Below, one piece after another: positions 21,622-31,636 of a stretch of DNA of 64,000 bases. A model generated the notes under the pieces. That model worked only from the letters and a program-made list of their open reading frames with translations, did no database searches and was not told the origin of the DNA. Position 1 is the first letter of the stretch. Each line of letters opens with the position of its first letter. The DNA comes from an uncultured Verrucomicrobiae bacterium. Lineage in GTDB: Bacteria; Verrucomicrobiota; Verrucomicrobiia; Chthoniobacterales; JAFAMB01. The DNA lies in contig CAWBKA010000014.1 of assembly GCA_963789065.1 (NCBI GenBank), forward strand, positions 114,171 through 178,170, read 5' to 3'. A program made the translations under genes and the position numbers.

Positions 21622-21821
21622 TCTACTCGGCTGGCTCCTGACTCCTGACTCCTGACTACTGACTACTGACTACTGACTACTGACTACTGACTACTGACTA
21701 CTGACTACTGACTACTGACTACTGACTACTGACTACTGACTACTGACTACTGACTACTGACTACTGACTACTGACTACTGACTACTGACTACTGACTACT
21801 GACTACTGACTACTGACTACT
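21622..21821 (-). repeat. Heptamer array (CTACTGA on plus), about 27 copies, overlapping the stop codon of the adjacent gene
   Basis: Read directly. Confidence 0.97.
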
Positions 21822-23552
21822 CGACTCCTTGACTACTTGCCTTAAATCATAAATGCGCCCCCAGGATCCCTCGGCGACCAAAGGACAACCTTCTTCCCAT
21901 TTTTTTGCGGAGTCGGGATAATTTGTTTCTTCGAGCGGCCCCCAGAAGAGGTAATCGGCGCCGAGGTCCTTTGCGTTTTGTTCCCAGCCCGGCTCTGAAT
22001 TCATCAGAGAGACAAGCTTGATTTCCACCGGTCGATAGTTGAGCCCGTGGCTCCACATATGGCCGGGGTAACCCATGACAACCCGATGCCCGTTAACTAA
22101 GACCGGATGATTATAGGTTGGGTATCCGGCGAATACGACGCTCGGCGGCAAGGAGCGGGTAGCATTCGCCACCTGCTGCCATTCGCTTTCGTGGCCGATC
22201 TCATAACCCTCCGGATTTGCCCAAAGCCCGCCTGCGAGACTAACAAAGCCCGAGAAAAAGAGCCCAAAAATGACCGGGGCGCGTAAGAGAACGTGCCATT
22301 TTGCCAAGAGTCCGTCCCAAAGGCAGAACATCATGACCAGATAGGCCCAGAAAAAGAGCTTCGTATTGTCCCACTCCCAGGGAGCAAATTTAATGAAGGA
22401 ACAGGCGGCGAAGACCGTTGCTGCCGGGAAGAACAACAGTCGCAATTTTTGCTTCGCATCGCGCATGAAAGGCTTGGCAGGGATCAAGAGGTAGATCAAA
22501 AGTCCGAGGCAGGCTGGCAGGAACAGGCCGAAATTCTGAAGCCAGAACCACCAGGCAGCTTCTTTTGGATCAGCCATCCAGCCTGGTTTCCAGCCGATCG
22601 CTTCGGTCTTGGCAAATCCGGTCACTGCGTACACGCAGAGAGTGGCCGGGATGGAGGAGAAGAGAACGAGCCGAAGAAGGTGACCTCGCCAGTTTGGGTC
22701 GCCAAACAAAAACCACCAGAGAAGAAGGAAAGACAAGAATATAAAGGTGTGCAGATGAAAGAGCGGCATGGTGCAGTACAGCAGGTATTCCGCCCAGAGC
22801 GGAAGGCGTCCCTCCGGTCGGCGCTCGAGCAACAAGGTTCGCCAGTGATAAAGGAGTAACAATCCTGCCGGGACGGCGTAGAGCAATCCCCGCTGAGTGA
22901 CGAACATCGCGAGCGGGATCGATTTCCATGGCAGATCCGCCTGATAATCTTTGAGGGCAAAGGATTGAAAGAAAAGAAAACCAGCCAGTCCGCCATTAAA
23001 AAGAAAGGCGGCAACTCCAAACGCGCCGTTAAAGAGGAAAAGGGCCCGCAGAGTGAGGAGCGATCCCAAAAACCCGACCAGAATGATGCCTGCCTTGGGT
23101 TCAACGCCAACCAGTTTCAGCTCGGCATTGAAAAGATTCAATCCGATTGGATATCGAAGTTTGTCGAAAGCAAAAATCGGATTCTCCGGCCAGAAGTGGG
23201 GATTGCTCGCCAGATAATTGATATGCGTAAGATGAAGGCAGATATCTCCAATATTGTTTGGTGAGATGACTCGAATCTGGTCATTCCACACGAAGATGAC
23301 CTGGCTGAACTCCCTTATCGCAAAAACAAGAAAAAGAAGGCAAACGACATAGGCGAAGATCCCGTGGCGCGGCGCCGTCTCGCCTGGTCTTTTTTTCAGG
23401 TGCCTTATCATCGGGACGCCAGCGAGAACCAACCCGAGGAGCAAGGCAATCAAAGAGGTCGACGTTGTCAGTCCCAGGGGTGAGTAACTAAAGAGAATCC
23501 CGAGGAGGGTGGAAATGGCTATCCAGCAAAGAACCAGGACTGAGAGATTCAT
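21810..23552 (-). CDS. Polytopic membrane protein, probable GT-C-type glycosyltransferase
   Basis: About 12 TM segments, GDICLH loop, PWEWDNTK and a C-terminal soluble domain; overlaps the upstream gene by 4 nt. Confidence 0.6.
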   Translation of the reverse strand: MNLSVLVLCWIAISTLLGILFSYSPLGLTTSTSLIALLLGLVLAGVPMIRHLKKRPGETAPRHGIFAYVVCLLFLVFAIREFSQVIFVWNDQIRVISPNNIGDICLHLTHINYLASNPHFWPENPIFAFDKLRYPIGLNLFNAELKLVGVEPKAGIILVGFLGSLLTLRALFLFNGAFGVAAFLFNGGLAGFLFFQSFALKDYQADLPWKSIPLAMFVTQRGLLYAVPAGLLLLYHWRTLLLERRPEGRLPLWAEYLLYCTMPLFHLHTFIFLSFLLLWWFLFGDPNWRGHLLRLVLFSSIPATLCVYAVTGFAKTEAIGWKPGWMADPKEAAWWFWLQNFGLFLPACLGLLIYLLIPAKPFMRDAKQKLRLLFFPAATVFAACSFIKFAPWEWDNTKLFFWAYLVMMFCLWDGLLAKWHVLLRAPVIFGLFFSGFVSLAGGLWANPEGYEIGHESEWQQVANATRSLPPSVVFAGYPTYNHPVLVNGHRVVMGYPGHMWSHGLNYRPVEIKLVSLMNSEPGWEQNAKDLGADYLFWGPLEETNYPDSAKKWEEGCPLVAEGSWGRIYDLRQVVKESSSQ

Positions 23553-25138
23553 TCGTTCGATCGTCCCGGCTCGAACTCTGGTTTACGATCTGGAAAGATT
23601 TCCCTGAATGTTTCGTAACGAAAATACGCGCGGCATTCGTCCATGCCGTCACGAAGTCGAAAATCATCGGTAAAATATCGATCTTTGAGGCTCTTTTCCA
23701 ATTTATCGGCCTTTTGTCCGTCCACGACGATGAAGTCAGCGTCGAGATTCGGGGGCCAGGCACTCTCCGTACTGTAGTAGTCGATTTTGGGAAAATCCCC
23801 CAGAACCCAGGGAATGGGAAAGTAACTGGACAACAGCACGAGACCCTTGAGTTTGATCTTCGACTCCGGGTCCTTCGCTCCTTTTTCCAGGATTGGATCC
23901 ACGAAGGTCCGATATTCACGAAAGGTCTGTACGTACACGTAGCGCTCTTTTGCGTGGTCGAACTTGACGAAATTCAGATCGTAAGACTTCCACGCAGCGT
24001 GAGCGAACAATGGCAACGCCGCGATTACGGCTACCACTCGATTGAGTCGCTTGGCGATAAATTCGAGGAGAGCGGCGCCAAGGAACAAAAAAGGCCAGGC
24101 GATTGATATAATACACCACGGAGTTTTGTACGGAACGATGCTGTAGATCAGGAGTACGCCCAGGCCGTAAAACGCCAGGAATCGAAGCGCTGGATGGCCG
24201 CCCGCGAAGAACCGAAATGAAAACACTAAGCCGGCCAAAGCGAACCACTCGTAGTCCAGGAGCAGACGTATCCAGTACCAATTCAGTTTGAAATTCCCGA
24301 ATGCCCCGAGGACCGGCACATGGGCAAGAAATGGCGGGACCAAGGGCACCAGGTCAAACTCGGACTTGCCGTGCCCGGCCGCGTCGATCGCTGTCTTGGT
24401 CCACGGAAGAAATGTCTGGTAGAGTCCTGCTAACCCCCTCCAGTAGAGAAAATTGCCGGAATAGAAGAAAACGATCAGTGTCACTCCGAGCAAAGTCGCC
24501 CCAATAATATGTCGAAAAGGGAGTCGTCCGCTTGCTCGATGCAACCCCGGGTCCGACGGCAAGAGCTTATTCAGGATCGAAACGAGAAGGCCCGCAGCGG
24601 CAAACGCGGTCAGATGAATGATATAAGTCTCTTTGGTCAGAATCATTCCGGTCACACCCAGAATGAACCCCCAAAAATACTTCGGTTCCCGGCAGGTCGA
24701 GATTCCAAGGATACCCCAGAAGGTGACGATGAGGAACAAGACCAGCCAAGACTCGTGAATGGAGTAGCGATTATAAAAAATGAAGCCGGGAGAAATGGCC
24801 ATCCCGAGTGCAGCCAGATAACAGACAGTTCGGCTGAGAAATGGCCGGAACAGGAAGATCCAGAACATGGCCAGCAGGCTTGCCAGGACCACCGGCAGTC
24901 TCAGCGCCCAAAGGTTTCGCCCGAATAGCTTGAGCGAAACAAAAAGAACATAAAAGTGAAATGGTCCGTGATAATTGGTCGGGTCGTATGCGTAATAGCC
25001 GTTTTTGGCCATCTGGTCACAGAACCAGCCGTTAATTCCTTCGTCAAAATGCGGCGGCTTGATGTCCAGGAACGCCACCCGAATAAGTGCTCCAAGCAGC
25101 AGAATCAGCGCTGGAAATAGGAGTTGACGTTTCACCAT
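23549..25138 (-). CDS. TIGR03663 / Agl23-like GT-C (PMT-like) membrane glycosyltransferase
   Basis: PPHFDEGIN, YDPTNYHGP, YNRYSIHE, TKETY, YKTPW and YVYVQT motifs. Confidence 0.8.
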   Translation of the reverse strand: MVKRQLLFPALILLLGALIRVAFLDIKPPHFDEGINGWFCDQMAKNGYYAYDPTNYHGPFHFYVLFVSLKLFGRNLWALRLPVVLASLLAMFWIFLFRPFLSRTVCYLAALGMAISPGFIFYNRYSIHESWLVLFLIVTFWGILGISTCREPKYFWGFILGVTGMILTKETYIIHLTAFAAAGLLVSILNKLLPSDPGLHRASGRLPFRHIIGATLLGVTLIVFFYSGNFLYWRGLAGLYQTFLPWTKTAIDAAGHGKSEFDLVPLVPPFLAHVPVLGAFGNFKLNWYWIRLLLDYEWFALAGLVFSFRFFAGGHPALRFLAFYGLGVLLIYSIVPYKTPWCIISIAWPFLFLGAALLEFIAKRLNRVVAVIAALPLFAHAAWKSYDLNFVKFDHAKERYVYVQTFREYRTFVDPILEKGAKDPESKIKLKGLVLLSSYFPIPWVLGDFPKIDYYSTESAWPPNLDADFIVVDGQKADKLEKSLKDRYFTDDFRLRDGMDECRAYFRYETFREIFPDRKPEFEPGRSNE

Positions 25139-25186
25139 TCTAAGCATTTAGGAAGGAGGCGCAGATATATATGCGAAGACCGGGAC

Positions 25187-25942
25187 ATGTCCAAACAGAT
25201 TCGACCTCTACTTTCACTGATCATTCCTGCGTTCAATGAGGCGAACCGGTTGCCTGACTCGATCCGACGTATCCAAGAACATCGCCGTTCTTGGAACTTC
25301 TCTGTCGAGGTAATCATTGTCGTCGAACCGAGTGAAGATCGGACGCTCGACTTAGCGGAAAATGCGGTCAAATCCTGGTCCGACCTGAGAGTGCTGACCC
25401 ATCACGAAAAGCGTGGAAAAGGCTTTGCGGTGCGTAGTGGCATGCTTCGTGCCAGAGGCGATTTGATTTTTTTCACGGATGCTGATTTAAGTACCCCGTT
25501 GGAAGACTTGGACGCCGCGCTCGCATTGTTCAAACGTGACCGATCGATTGATTTGGTTGTCGGGAATCGGATGCATCCTGAGAGTCAAATTCTGCAGCGG
25601 CAGAATGTGGGGAGAGAGTGGATGGGAAAAGTCTTCAATCGGATCGTGCAAACGTTAACCGGTTTGCGCATCCGGGATACCCAGTGTGGTTTCAAAGGCT
25701 TTCGAAACCGTGCGGCGAAGGAGATCTTCGGTCGCCAGAGGATTGATGGTTTTTCATTTGACGTTGAGGCTTTACTATTGGCTCGAGCGATGGGTTTCGC
25801 GGTCGCTGAACTACCGGTTCACTGGACAAATTCTCCGGCTTCGCAGGTCCACCCTGTACGCGACAGTTCGCGGATGCTCGTTGATGCGATCCGCGTCGGC
25901 AGGCTGGTGAAACGGACGATGTACGAGTTTCCTTACAGGTAG
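25187..25942 (+). CDS. GT2 polyprenyl-phosphate glycosyltransferase (Dol-P-Glc/Man synthase-like)
   Basis: LSLIIPAFNE, GKGFAVRSG, FTDADLSTP, DTQCGFK and FSFDVE. Confidence 0.92.
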   Translation: MSKQIRPLLSLIIPAFNEANRLPDSIRRIQEHRRSWNFSVEVIIVVEPSEDRTLDLAENAVKSWSDLRVLTHHEKRGKGFAVRSGMLRARGDLIFFTDADLSTPLEDLDAALALFKRDRSIDLVVGNRMHPESQILQRQNVGREWMGKVFNRIVQTLTGLRIRDTQCGFKGFRNRAAKEIFGRQRIDGFSFDVEALLLARAMGFAVAELPVHWTNSPASQVHPVRDSSRMLVDAIRVGRLVKRTMYEFPYR

Positions 25943-25963
25943 AGCAGGCGAATCAATCTCGCG

Positions 25964-26349
25964 AAAGGGTCCACGCTCCCGCGTGACCGGCGTGGAATTT
26001 TACCCAAAGCTCGGTAGGGTCCACGCTCCCGCATGACCGACGCGGAATTTACCCAAAGCTCGGTAGGGTCACGCTCCCGCGTGACCGACGTGGAATTTAT
26101 CCCAAGCTCGGTAGGGTCACGCTCCCGCGTGACCGACGTGGAATTTATCCCAAGCTCGGTAGGGTCACGCTCCCGCGTGACCGACGTGGAATTTACCCCA
26201 AGCTCGGTAGGGTCACGCTCCCGCGTGACCGGCGTGGAACTACCCCAAAGCACGGTAGGGTCACACTCCCGCGTGACCGACGTGGAATTTACCCCAGAGC
26301 TCGGTAGGGTTACGCTCCCGCGTGACCGGCGTTGAGCTACCCCAAGCTC
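25964..26349 (+). repeat. REP array: 8 x ~48-bp units, each GTAG + GGTCACGC-TCCC-GCGTGACC hairpin
   Basis: Units start near 25966, 26016, 26065, 26113, 26161, 26209, 26257 and 26306. Confidence 0.95.
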
Positions 26350-26421
26350 TCAGAGACCTAACATTGCCTCCTGCAAATATTTGACTTCAATCGAAATATA
26401 AATACAACATATATTTAAGTT

Positions 26422-26892
26422 GTGAATATCGATCCATTTCCACAACGGATTCGGCCTGACAAGGGTGTGCTGAGCAAAGAGCATCAGCCCACATTGGTTT
26501 TTGCTACCATCTGCACAAAAAGCCGTACCCGGTGGCTGGCGACGGACGAAAACCATCATCTTCTGCGGACTATCTGGACGGAAGCCACCTTCTGGAAAAT
26601 CGGGCCGTATATCATTATGCCTAATCATTTGCATTTTTTCGCATGGCCTGGGCAGCTCCACGCCGACCTGGATAATTGGATTCAATATTGGAAGTCTGTG
26701 GCCACAAAGCGCCTGGGCAAGCCGGACTGTCGATGGCAACGTGCTTCGTTTCATCATCGTGTCCGCTCTTATGAAGACGCTGACAAGTGGCGTACCTATA
26801 TGTACGAGAACCCTGTCCGAGCGGGTCTTGTTGTAAAGGCATGCGACTGGCAATATGGCGGAGAGTTGTTCAAAACGGATTTTTGGTGGTAG
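26422..26892 (+). CDS. REP-associated tyrosine transposase (RAYT / TnpA-REP, Y1 HUH family)
   Basis: FATICT, YIIMPNHLHFF (HuH), WQRASFHHRVRS and YMYENPVRAGLV (catalytic Tyr); flanked by inverted REP arrays. Confidence 0.92.
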   Translation: MNIDPFPQRIRPDKGVLSKEHQPTLVFATICTKSRTRWLATDENHHLLRTIWTEATFWKIGPYIIMPNHLHFFAWPGQLHADLDNWIQYWKSVATKRLGKPDCRWQRASFHHRVRSYEDADKWRTYMYENPVRAGLVVKACDWQYGGELFKTDFWW

Positions 26893-26905
26893 GTCTCGGG
26901 GAAAT

Positions 26906-27138
26906 GCCACGCCGGATGCGCGGGAGCGCATCCCTACCGGCGCCGTTCGAGAACGGGAGCTTCGAGACGTGCCACGCCGGACGCGCAGGAGCGCATCCCT
27001 ACCGGCGCGGTTCGAGAACGGGAGCTTCGAGACGTGCCACGCCGGACGCGCGGGAGCGCATCCCTACCGGCGCGGTTCGAGAACGGGAGCTTCGAGACGC
27101 GCCATGCCGGACGCGCGGGAGCGCATCCCTACCGCGCC
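26906..27138 (-). repeat. REP array: about 3.5 x 65-bp units, each (minus strand) GTAG + GGATGCGC-TCCC-GCGCGTCC hairpin
   Basis: Units start at 26906, 26971, 27036 and 27101. Confidence 0.95.
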
Positions 27139-27216
27139 ACATGCGCGGCCTACGTCACGCGTCCAAGCGCCGACACGTCGATACGCCGATACGCCGATAC
27201 GCCCCCACGCCTCCCT

Positions 27217-28815
27217 TCACATCGCTGGAGTCAAGAGTGCGAACACCTTTTTATTATTTACCGACGCGACCAGGCGGTAGTGGCTTTCGATAAATTTAGT
27301 CATCTGTGTCGCCCAATGGGAGAAACGAGACTCTTCGGTGCCGTTGATCGTCCAGTCATCGATTACGATGACTGCCGGGCGAAGTTTTTGAATTTTGGCG
27401 ATCTCGACTTCCTGCCAGTCCGGTGATTGAGTCACGTTGTCAATGTAGAGGAGATATTGGAATGTCGGGCGCGCAGTGATGAAATTTACCCCTGGCAGGT
27501 AAGGATAAGATACGACGTAATCCTTTTTTGTGCTGTTCCAGACAATCGCCGAAAAAAGAGCGTTTACTTCTTCGTGCTCAGCCTTGGTGAGAAATACGTC
27601 GACTCCGTTGGCGCCGCGGAAGTTGGTGTGTCGACCCACCCGGATCGCCAGGGTGCCTCCATATTGATTCGGAAGGGTCAGCATAAGATAGCAGACGCCG
27701 ACCAGAGCAATCGCGATGAGGAACGCCATCGAGAGCCGACCTCGGCCCAGGCTTGACCAAAGCAGCCAGCCGGCGCAGGTCAAAGCGACCAAGGCTCCAC
27801 TCATGAATTCAATCAAGTGAGGCAAGTCGGGGCGAAAGAAGAAGAATTGGGGAAAAGCCGCCAAACAGCCGCCCAGCAAGGCCGAGAAGATCAGCCAGCG
27901 ATCGACCGCCATTTTTTTGGACAGACAAAGGTAAAGGCCGGCGAAGAACAACCCACAAATCAGGAGCAGCGGGAGGTAAGTCAGCAAAGCCAGGAGACGA
28001 TATTCAATTCTCGTCGATTTCGAGAATATTTGCTGGAAAGGGCGACGACGAAGGTGAGTCGGCGGTTTGGCAACCGGTCCTGGGTGATTTTCCACCACGG
28101 CGGCGGGAGTGGCTGGGCCATGCGCGACATTGGTCTGATCCGGATTCTTGGCGAGTGTCTGGGTAAAATGCGGCAGGATAGGCTGGAAGATAACGCTCGC
28201 GACGTTGGAGTATTGGTCGGCGAACGGCTCAAAGAAATGCCGATGACGCGCGTCGTAGATAAAGGGCAGGTGCATGACCGAGATACCGATGAGAAAATTG
28301 CCCGCGACGATCATATTCAAGCGGAGTTGCCGATGCAGCAGAAGAGCGTGCAATAAAATGACGCCAAGCCAGATCGCCGTTAGAAAAATCCCGATATCGA
28401 TGCGGATCAGATAAGTAGTTCCGAGCAGAAGCCCCGCGCCGATGCTTAGCAGAGCCTTTCGTTGGCTCGTTAAGAAGAGGGTGATCGCGAACAGATTCGA
28501 AAGGACAAGGAACGGTATGTAGGCCTTAAAATATTGGCCGGTCACCGAAATCACCGCCAAACCTTGGACCAGCGAGAGCCAGAGAGGAGCATCCAACCGC
28601 CGAAGGAGCACAAAGGCGATCAGGCCGGAGGCAGTCGATATACTATAAAAATAGGTCCGCATCAGGAGCAGACTGGTGCCGAAAACCCGGAAGAGGGTGC
28701 TGATGGGGTAGAACCAGAGAACGTTGTACCCGGGAGACACGTCCAAAAAAGGGCGTTCGCCGTGCATCAGTCGTTGGCTGATGAGCGCCACATTTCCTTC
28801 ATCGGCGAGATTCAA
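27217..28815 (-). CDS. Polytopic membrane protein, probable GT-C-type glycosyltransferase (true start probably near 28912, behind a frameshift)
   Basis: LADEG...GERPFLD loop after TM1, many TM segments, RPDLPH and a C-terminal soluble domain. Confidence 0.65.
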   Translation of the reverse strand: MNLADEGNVALISQRLMHGERPFLDVSPGYNVLWFYPISTLFRVFGTSLLLMRTYFYSISTASGLIAFVLLRRLDAPLWLSLVQGLAVISVTGQYFKAYIPFLVLSNLFAITLFLTSQRKALLSIGAGLLLGTTYLIRIDIGIFLTAIWLGVILLHALLLHRQLRLNMIVAGNFLIGISVMHLPFIYDARHRHFFEPFADQYSNVASVIFQPILPHFTQTLAKNPDQTNVAHGPATPAAVVENHPGPVAKPPTHLRRRPFQQIFSKSTRIEYRLLALLTYLPLLLICGLFFAGLYLCLSKKMAVDRWLIFSALLGGCLAAFPQFFFFRPDLPHLIEFMSGALVALTCAGWLLWSSLGRGRLSMAFLIAIALVGVCYLMLTLPNQYGGTLAIRVGRHTNFRGANGVDVFLTKAEHEEVNALFSAIVWNSTKKDYVVSYPYLPGVNFITARPTFQYLLYIDNVTQSPDWQEVEIAKIQKLRPAVIVIDDWTINGTEESRFSHWATQMTKFIESHYRLVASVNNKKVFALLTPAM

Positions 28816-29006
28816 GCCATATCGATAAATCAGGCTATAGTAGACGAACGCAAACAGGACCAGAGCCGCACCCGCGACGAGGATCGTTTCTTCGTCGATT
28901 TAGTGCGTCCATCTCAAAATACGGAGCCGTTATGCGGTGGCAGTCGGGCCTGTGACCGGTCCCTTTGATTTTCCGACGAAATGATGTAACGCTGAATACC
29001 GTGACT

Positions 29007-29554
29007 ATGACGAGAACAATCGACCCCTACATGACGATGGAAGAGCTTCTGCAGGAGTATCCTGGTGCTCAGCGAGCTCTTTTCCGGGCCTACCACATCG
29101 GGGGCTGCGCGAGCTGCGGCTTCAGCCCGAGCGAAACTTTGGCCGGGATTTGTCCGCGGAACGACAATCTCCCAGTCGAGGAAGTGATCGGTACGATCCT
29201 GGCCGGGCATGAAGCAGATCAAAAGATGCAGATTTCGGCCACGAGAGGTTGGGAGCAGGCTGCAGGCAGGTGAAGCCGCTTCCATTGATCGATGTTCGCA
29301 GCCGGGAGGAATGGGATACCGTTCACATCGAGGGTTCCATATTTTTCACTCAGGAACTGATGCAGGAAATCATCTCCGAATCTGCGAAAGACCGGGAATT
29401 CGTCTTTGTTTGCCATCACGGCATCCGGAGCCTGGACGCGGCCTCTTTCTTCGCGGGTCACGGCTTTGAACATGTTCGGTCGATGACAGGTGGCATTGAT
29501 GCCTGGAGCATCGAAGTTGATCCGGATTTGCCCCGGTACATTTGGAGTAAATGA
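29007..29554 (+). CDS. Rhodanese-domain protein with an N-terminal Cys-motif (YHIGGCASC) domain; frameshift near 29250
   Basis: LIDVRSREEW and CHHGIRS..AA..F rhodanese motifs, joined from two ORFs. Confidence 0.8.
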
Positions 29555-30037
29555 ATGAATGCAACAGAGGATTTTAGCAACAGGATTGAGGAAGCGATCA
29601 AAAATCCAAAAAACCTGGGGGAACTTGACGGGGCCGATGCGGTAGGAACAGTTGGGAGCGAAGATTGCGGCGATATGCTTCGCATGTGGGTGAAATTCAA
29701 AGAGATCGACGGAAAACGGGTGATTGATAGGGCGACCTTCCAAACGTTTGGCTGCGAAACGGCGATCGCGGTTGCCAGTGTTGCGACGGAGCTGATATCC
29801 GGTAAAACGGTTGAAGAAGCTCTCACGATGAACGGCGCGGACCTGTCAGCTCCGTTAGGCTCATTGCCGCCAGCTCAAAATTCATTGTGCACAACTTGTC
29901 GAGGAAGCGCTCAGGTCCGCATTAGCGCCGGATGCGCAGGTACCCGAGACGGAAGAATGTTGCGCCGACATTGTTGCAGCGGATGCAATCGCCGGCCCGG
30001 AAGCAAAGAAAATAGTTTTAGGCCTTCAAATGAGTGA
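29555..30037 (+). CDS. IscU/NifU-N-type Fe-S scaffold (C-terminal frameshift)
   Basis: NPKNLGE, CGDML and FQTFGCETAIA; the third Cys (KIHC) is read in a shifted frame. Confidence 0.85.
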   Translation: MNATEDFSNRIEEAIKNPKNLGELDGADAVGTVGSEDCGDMLRMWVKFKEIDGKRVIDRATFQTFGCETAIAVASVATELISGKTVEEALTMNGADLSAPLGSLPPAQNSLCTTCRGSAQVRISAGCAGTRDGRMLRRHCCSGCNRRPGSKENSFRPSNE

Positions 30038-30574
30038 CAATCACGAAATCGAATTAGAAAGGGATTGCGAGGCGATCCAGATCCCGGCTGGATTAAAAAC
30101 GACGATTCCGGCAGGAACAAAGGTCATCATCACGCAAAGTCTCGGCGGAAGCTACACGATAGCTTGCGATTACGGTTTGTTTCGGATCAGCGAAGAAAAT
30201 GCCGGCGCCCTTGGCCTCGAACCACGGAGTTCGCTGGAAAAGGGTGAAAAGGCGGGGAAGAGGTCGATGAGAAGGAAGTCTGGGACCGGCTCCGAACCGT
30301 GTACGATCCCGAGATTCCGGTTAACATTGTGGATCTTGGTCTGGTTTACGATTGCCAAGTCGTGGCTTCGCAGGATTCCGGGACCAGGGTGGAAGTCAAG
30401 ATGACGCTGACGGCTCCCGGTTGCGGGATGGGTCCGGCGATCGCTCAGGACGCGAGAGTCGAAGATATTGACCATTCCCGGAGTCGATGAAGCTGACGTC
30501 GAATTGGTGTGGGATCCGCCATGGAACCAGCACATGATCAGCGAAGCCGGCAAGATGAAGCTGGGCTGGTTTAA
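30030..30574 (+). CDS. sufT: Putative Fe-S assembly protein SufT (DUF59), frameshifted
   Basis: [37 protein letters not shown] and VWDPPWN across frames. Confidence 0.85.
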
Positions 30575-30758
30575 GGGGAGATTCCGGGAAGAGAAGGTTT
30601 TAACCGCAGATTACGCCGATTTCACAGATTGATTTTATTGGGCAATGAGAATCGGCTCGGAAAGGCTCTTCGCGTTACAGCGGTGGTAAAGCCTTTTGCG
30701 CAACGGTTGATTTTTTTTCGCGGCCCACTATAGTCCGCCCTTCATCTCAGGAGAATTT

Positions 30759-30914
30759 ATGTCACAGCATCGCAGTTTAAAAGGCGCAAGCACCATCGCG
30801 GCGAAACGAAACGTTTTCAAGCGATTTGAGCGGGTGGAGTTGCTTAAGAAGCGGGGAATGTTTAAACCGGGTGACAAAGTCATCGGCTTGCCGAAGACCA
30901 AGCCGGACGCGTGA
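30759..30914 (+). CDS. PVC-superphylum small basic signature protein (51 aa)
   Basis: MSQHRSLKGASTIAAKRNVFKRFERVELLKKRGMFKPGDKVIGLPKTKPDA, with RBS CAGGAGAA. Too short for the ORF track. Confidence 0.88.
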   Translation: MSQHRSLKGASTIAAKRNVFKRFERVELLKKRGMFKPGDKVIGLPKTKPDA

Positions 30915-31636
30915 ATGCGACTGAATCGATTTCTTGCGCTTGCGGGAATCGCCTCACGCCGGGGTGCCGAGACATTTATTCGCGACGGCCGGGTGAGCGT
31001 GAATGGGAAGGTATGCACCGATTTCTCGACCCAAATCGCCGCCTCTGACCACGTTAAAGGTCGAAGGTCGCCCTGTCCGGGCCAAGGAATTCGTCTATCT
31101 CCTCCTGAATAAACCTCGCGGATTACCTGACCACGCGAGCCGACGAGAGATCCCGAAAGACGATCTACGACTTGCTCCCGGAAAGATGCCAAAGCTGGCT
31201 CATGTCGGCCGACTTGACAAGGAGTCGGAGGGTTTGCTTTTGCTGACCAACGATGGCGAGTTAGCGCTTCGGATGACCCATCCGAGGTTCAAGCTGGAGA
31301 AGGAATATCTTGTGACGCTCGATCAGGAGTTCCAGATGGCAGATTTACCGAAGGTTCTAAAGGGCGTCTACCTGGCCGAGGGCCGAGCTAAATTCGATGC
31401 CGCTGTTTAAGGTGAACCCTCAGCAGGTCAGAGTGATTCTCACCCAAGGGATCAAACGCCAGGTTCGGCGCGTATTTGCCGCTTTGGACTACAAGGTGAA
31501 TCCGCCTGCAGCGGATCCGAATCGGCACGATGACAGACAGGGACTTCGCTCGGGTGCGATCCGGTTCCTGAGCCGCGAGGAAGTGCTCGTCCTCAAGGGT
31601 GTTTCGAGGCCTCGAGGCGCCTCCAGGAGCCGTTGA
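30915..31636 (+). CDS. RsuA/RluB-family pseudouridine synthase with S4 domain (frameshifts)
   Basis: MRLNRFLALAGIASRR, LNKPRG and VGRLDKESEGLLLLTNDG. Confidence 0.9.

Noticed and set aside
25964..27138. CRISPR array
   Set aside because: Units are near-identical along their whole length with no unique spacers, no cas genes are present, and the GTAG-hairpin structure plus adjacent RAYT explains them.
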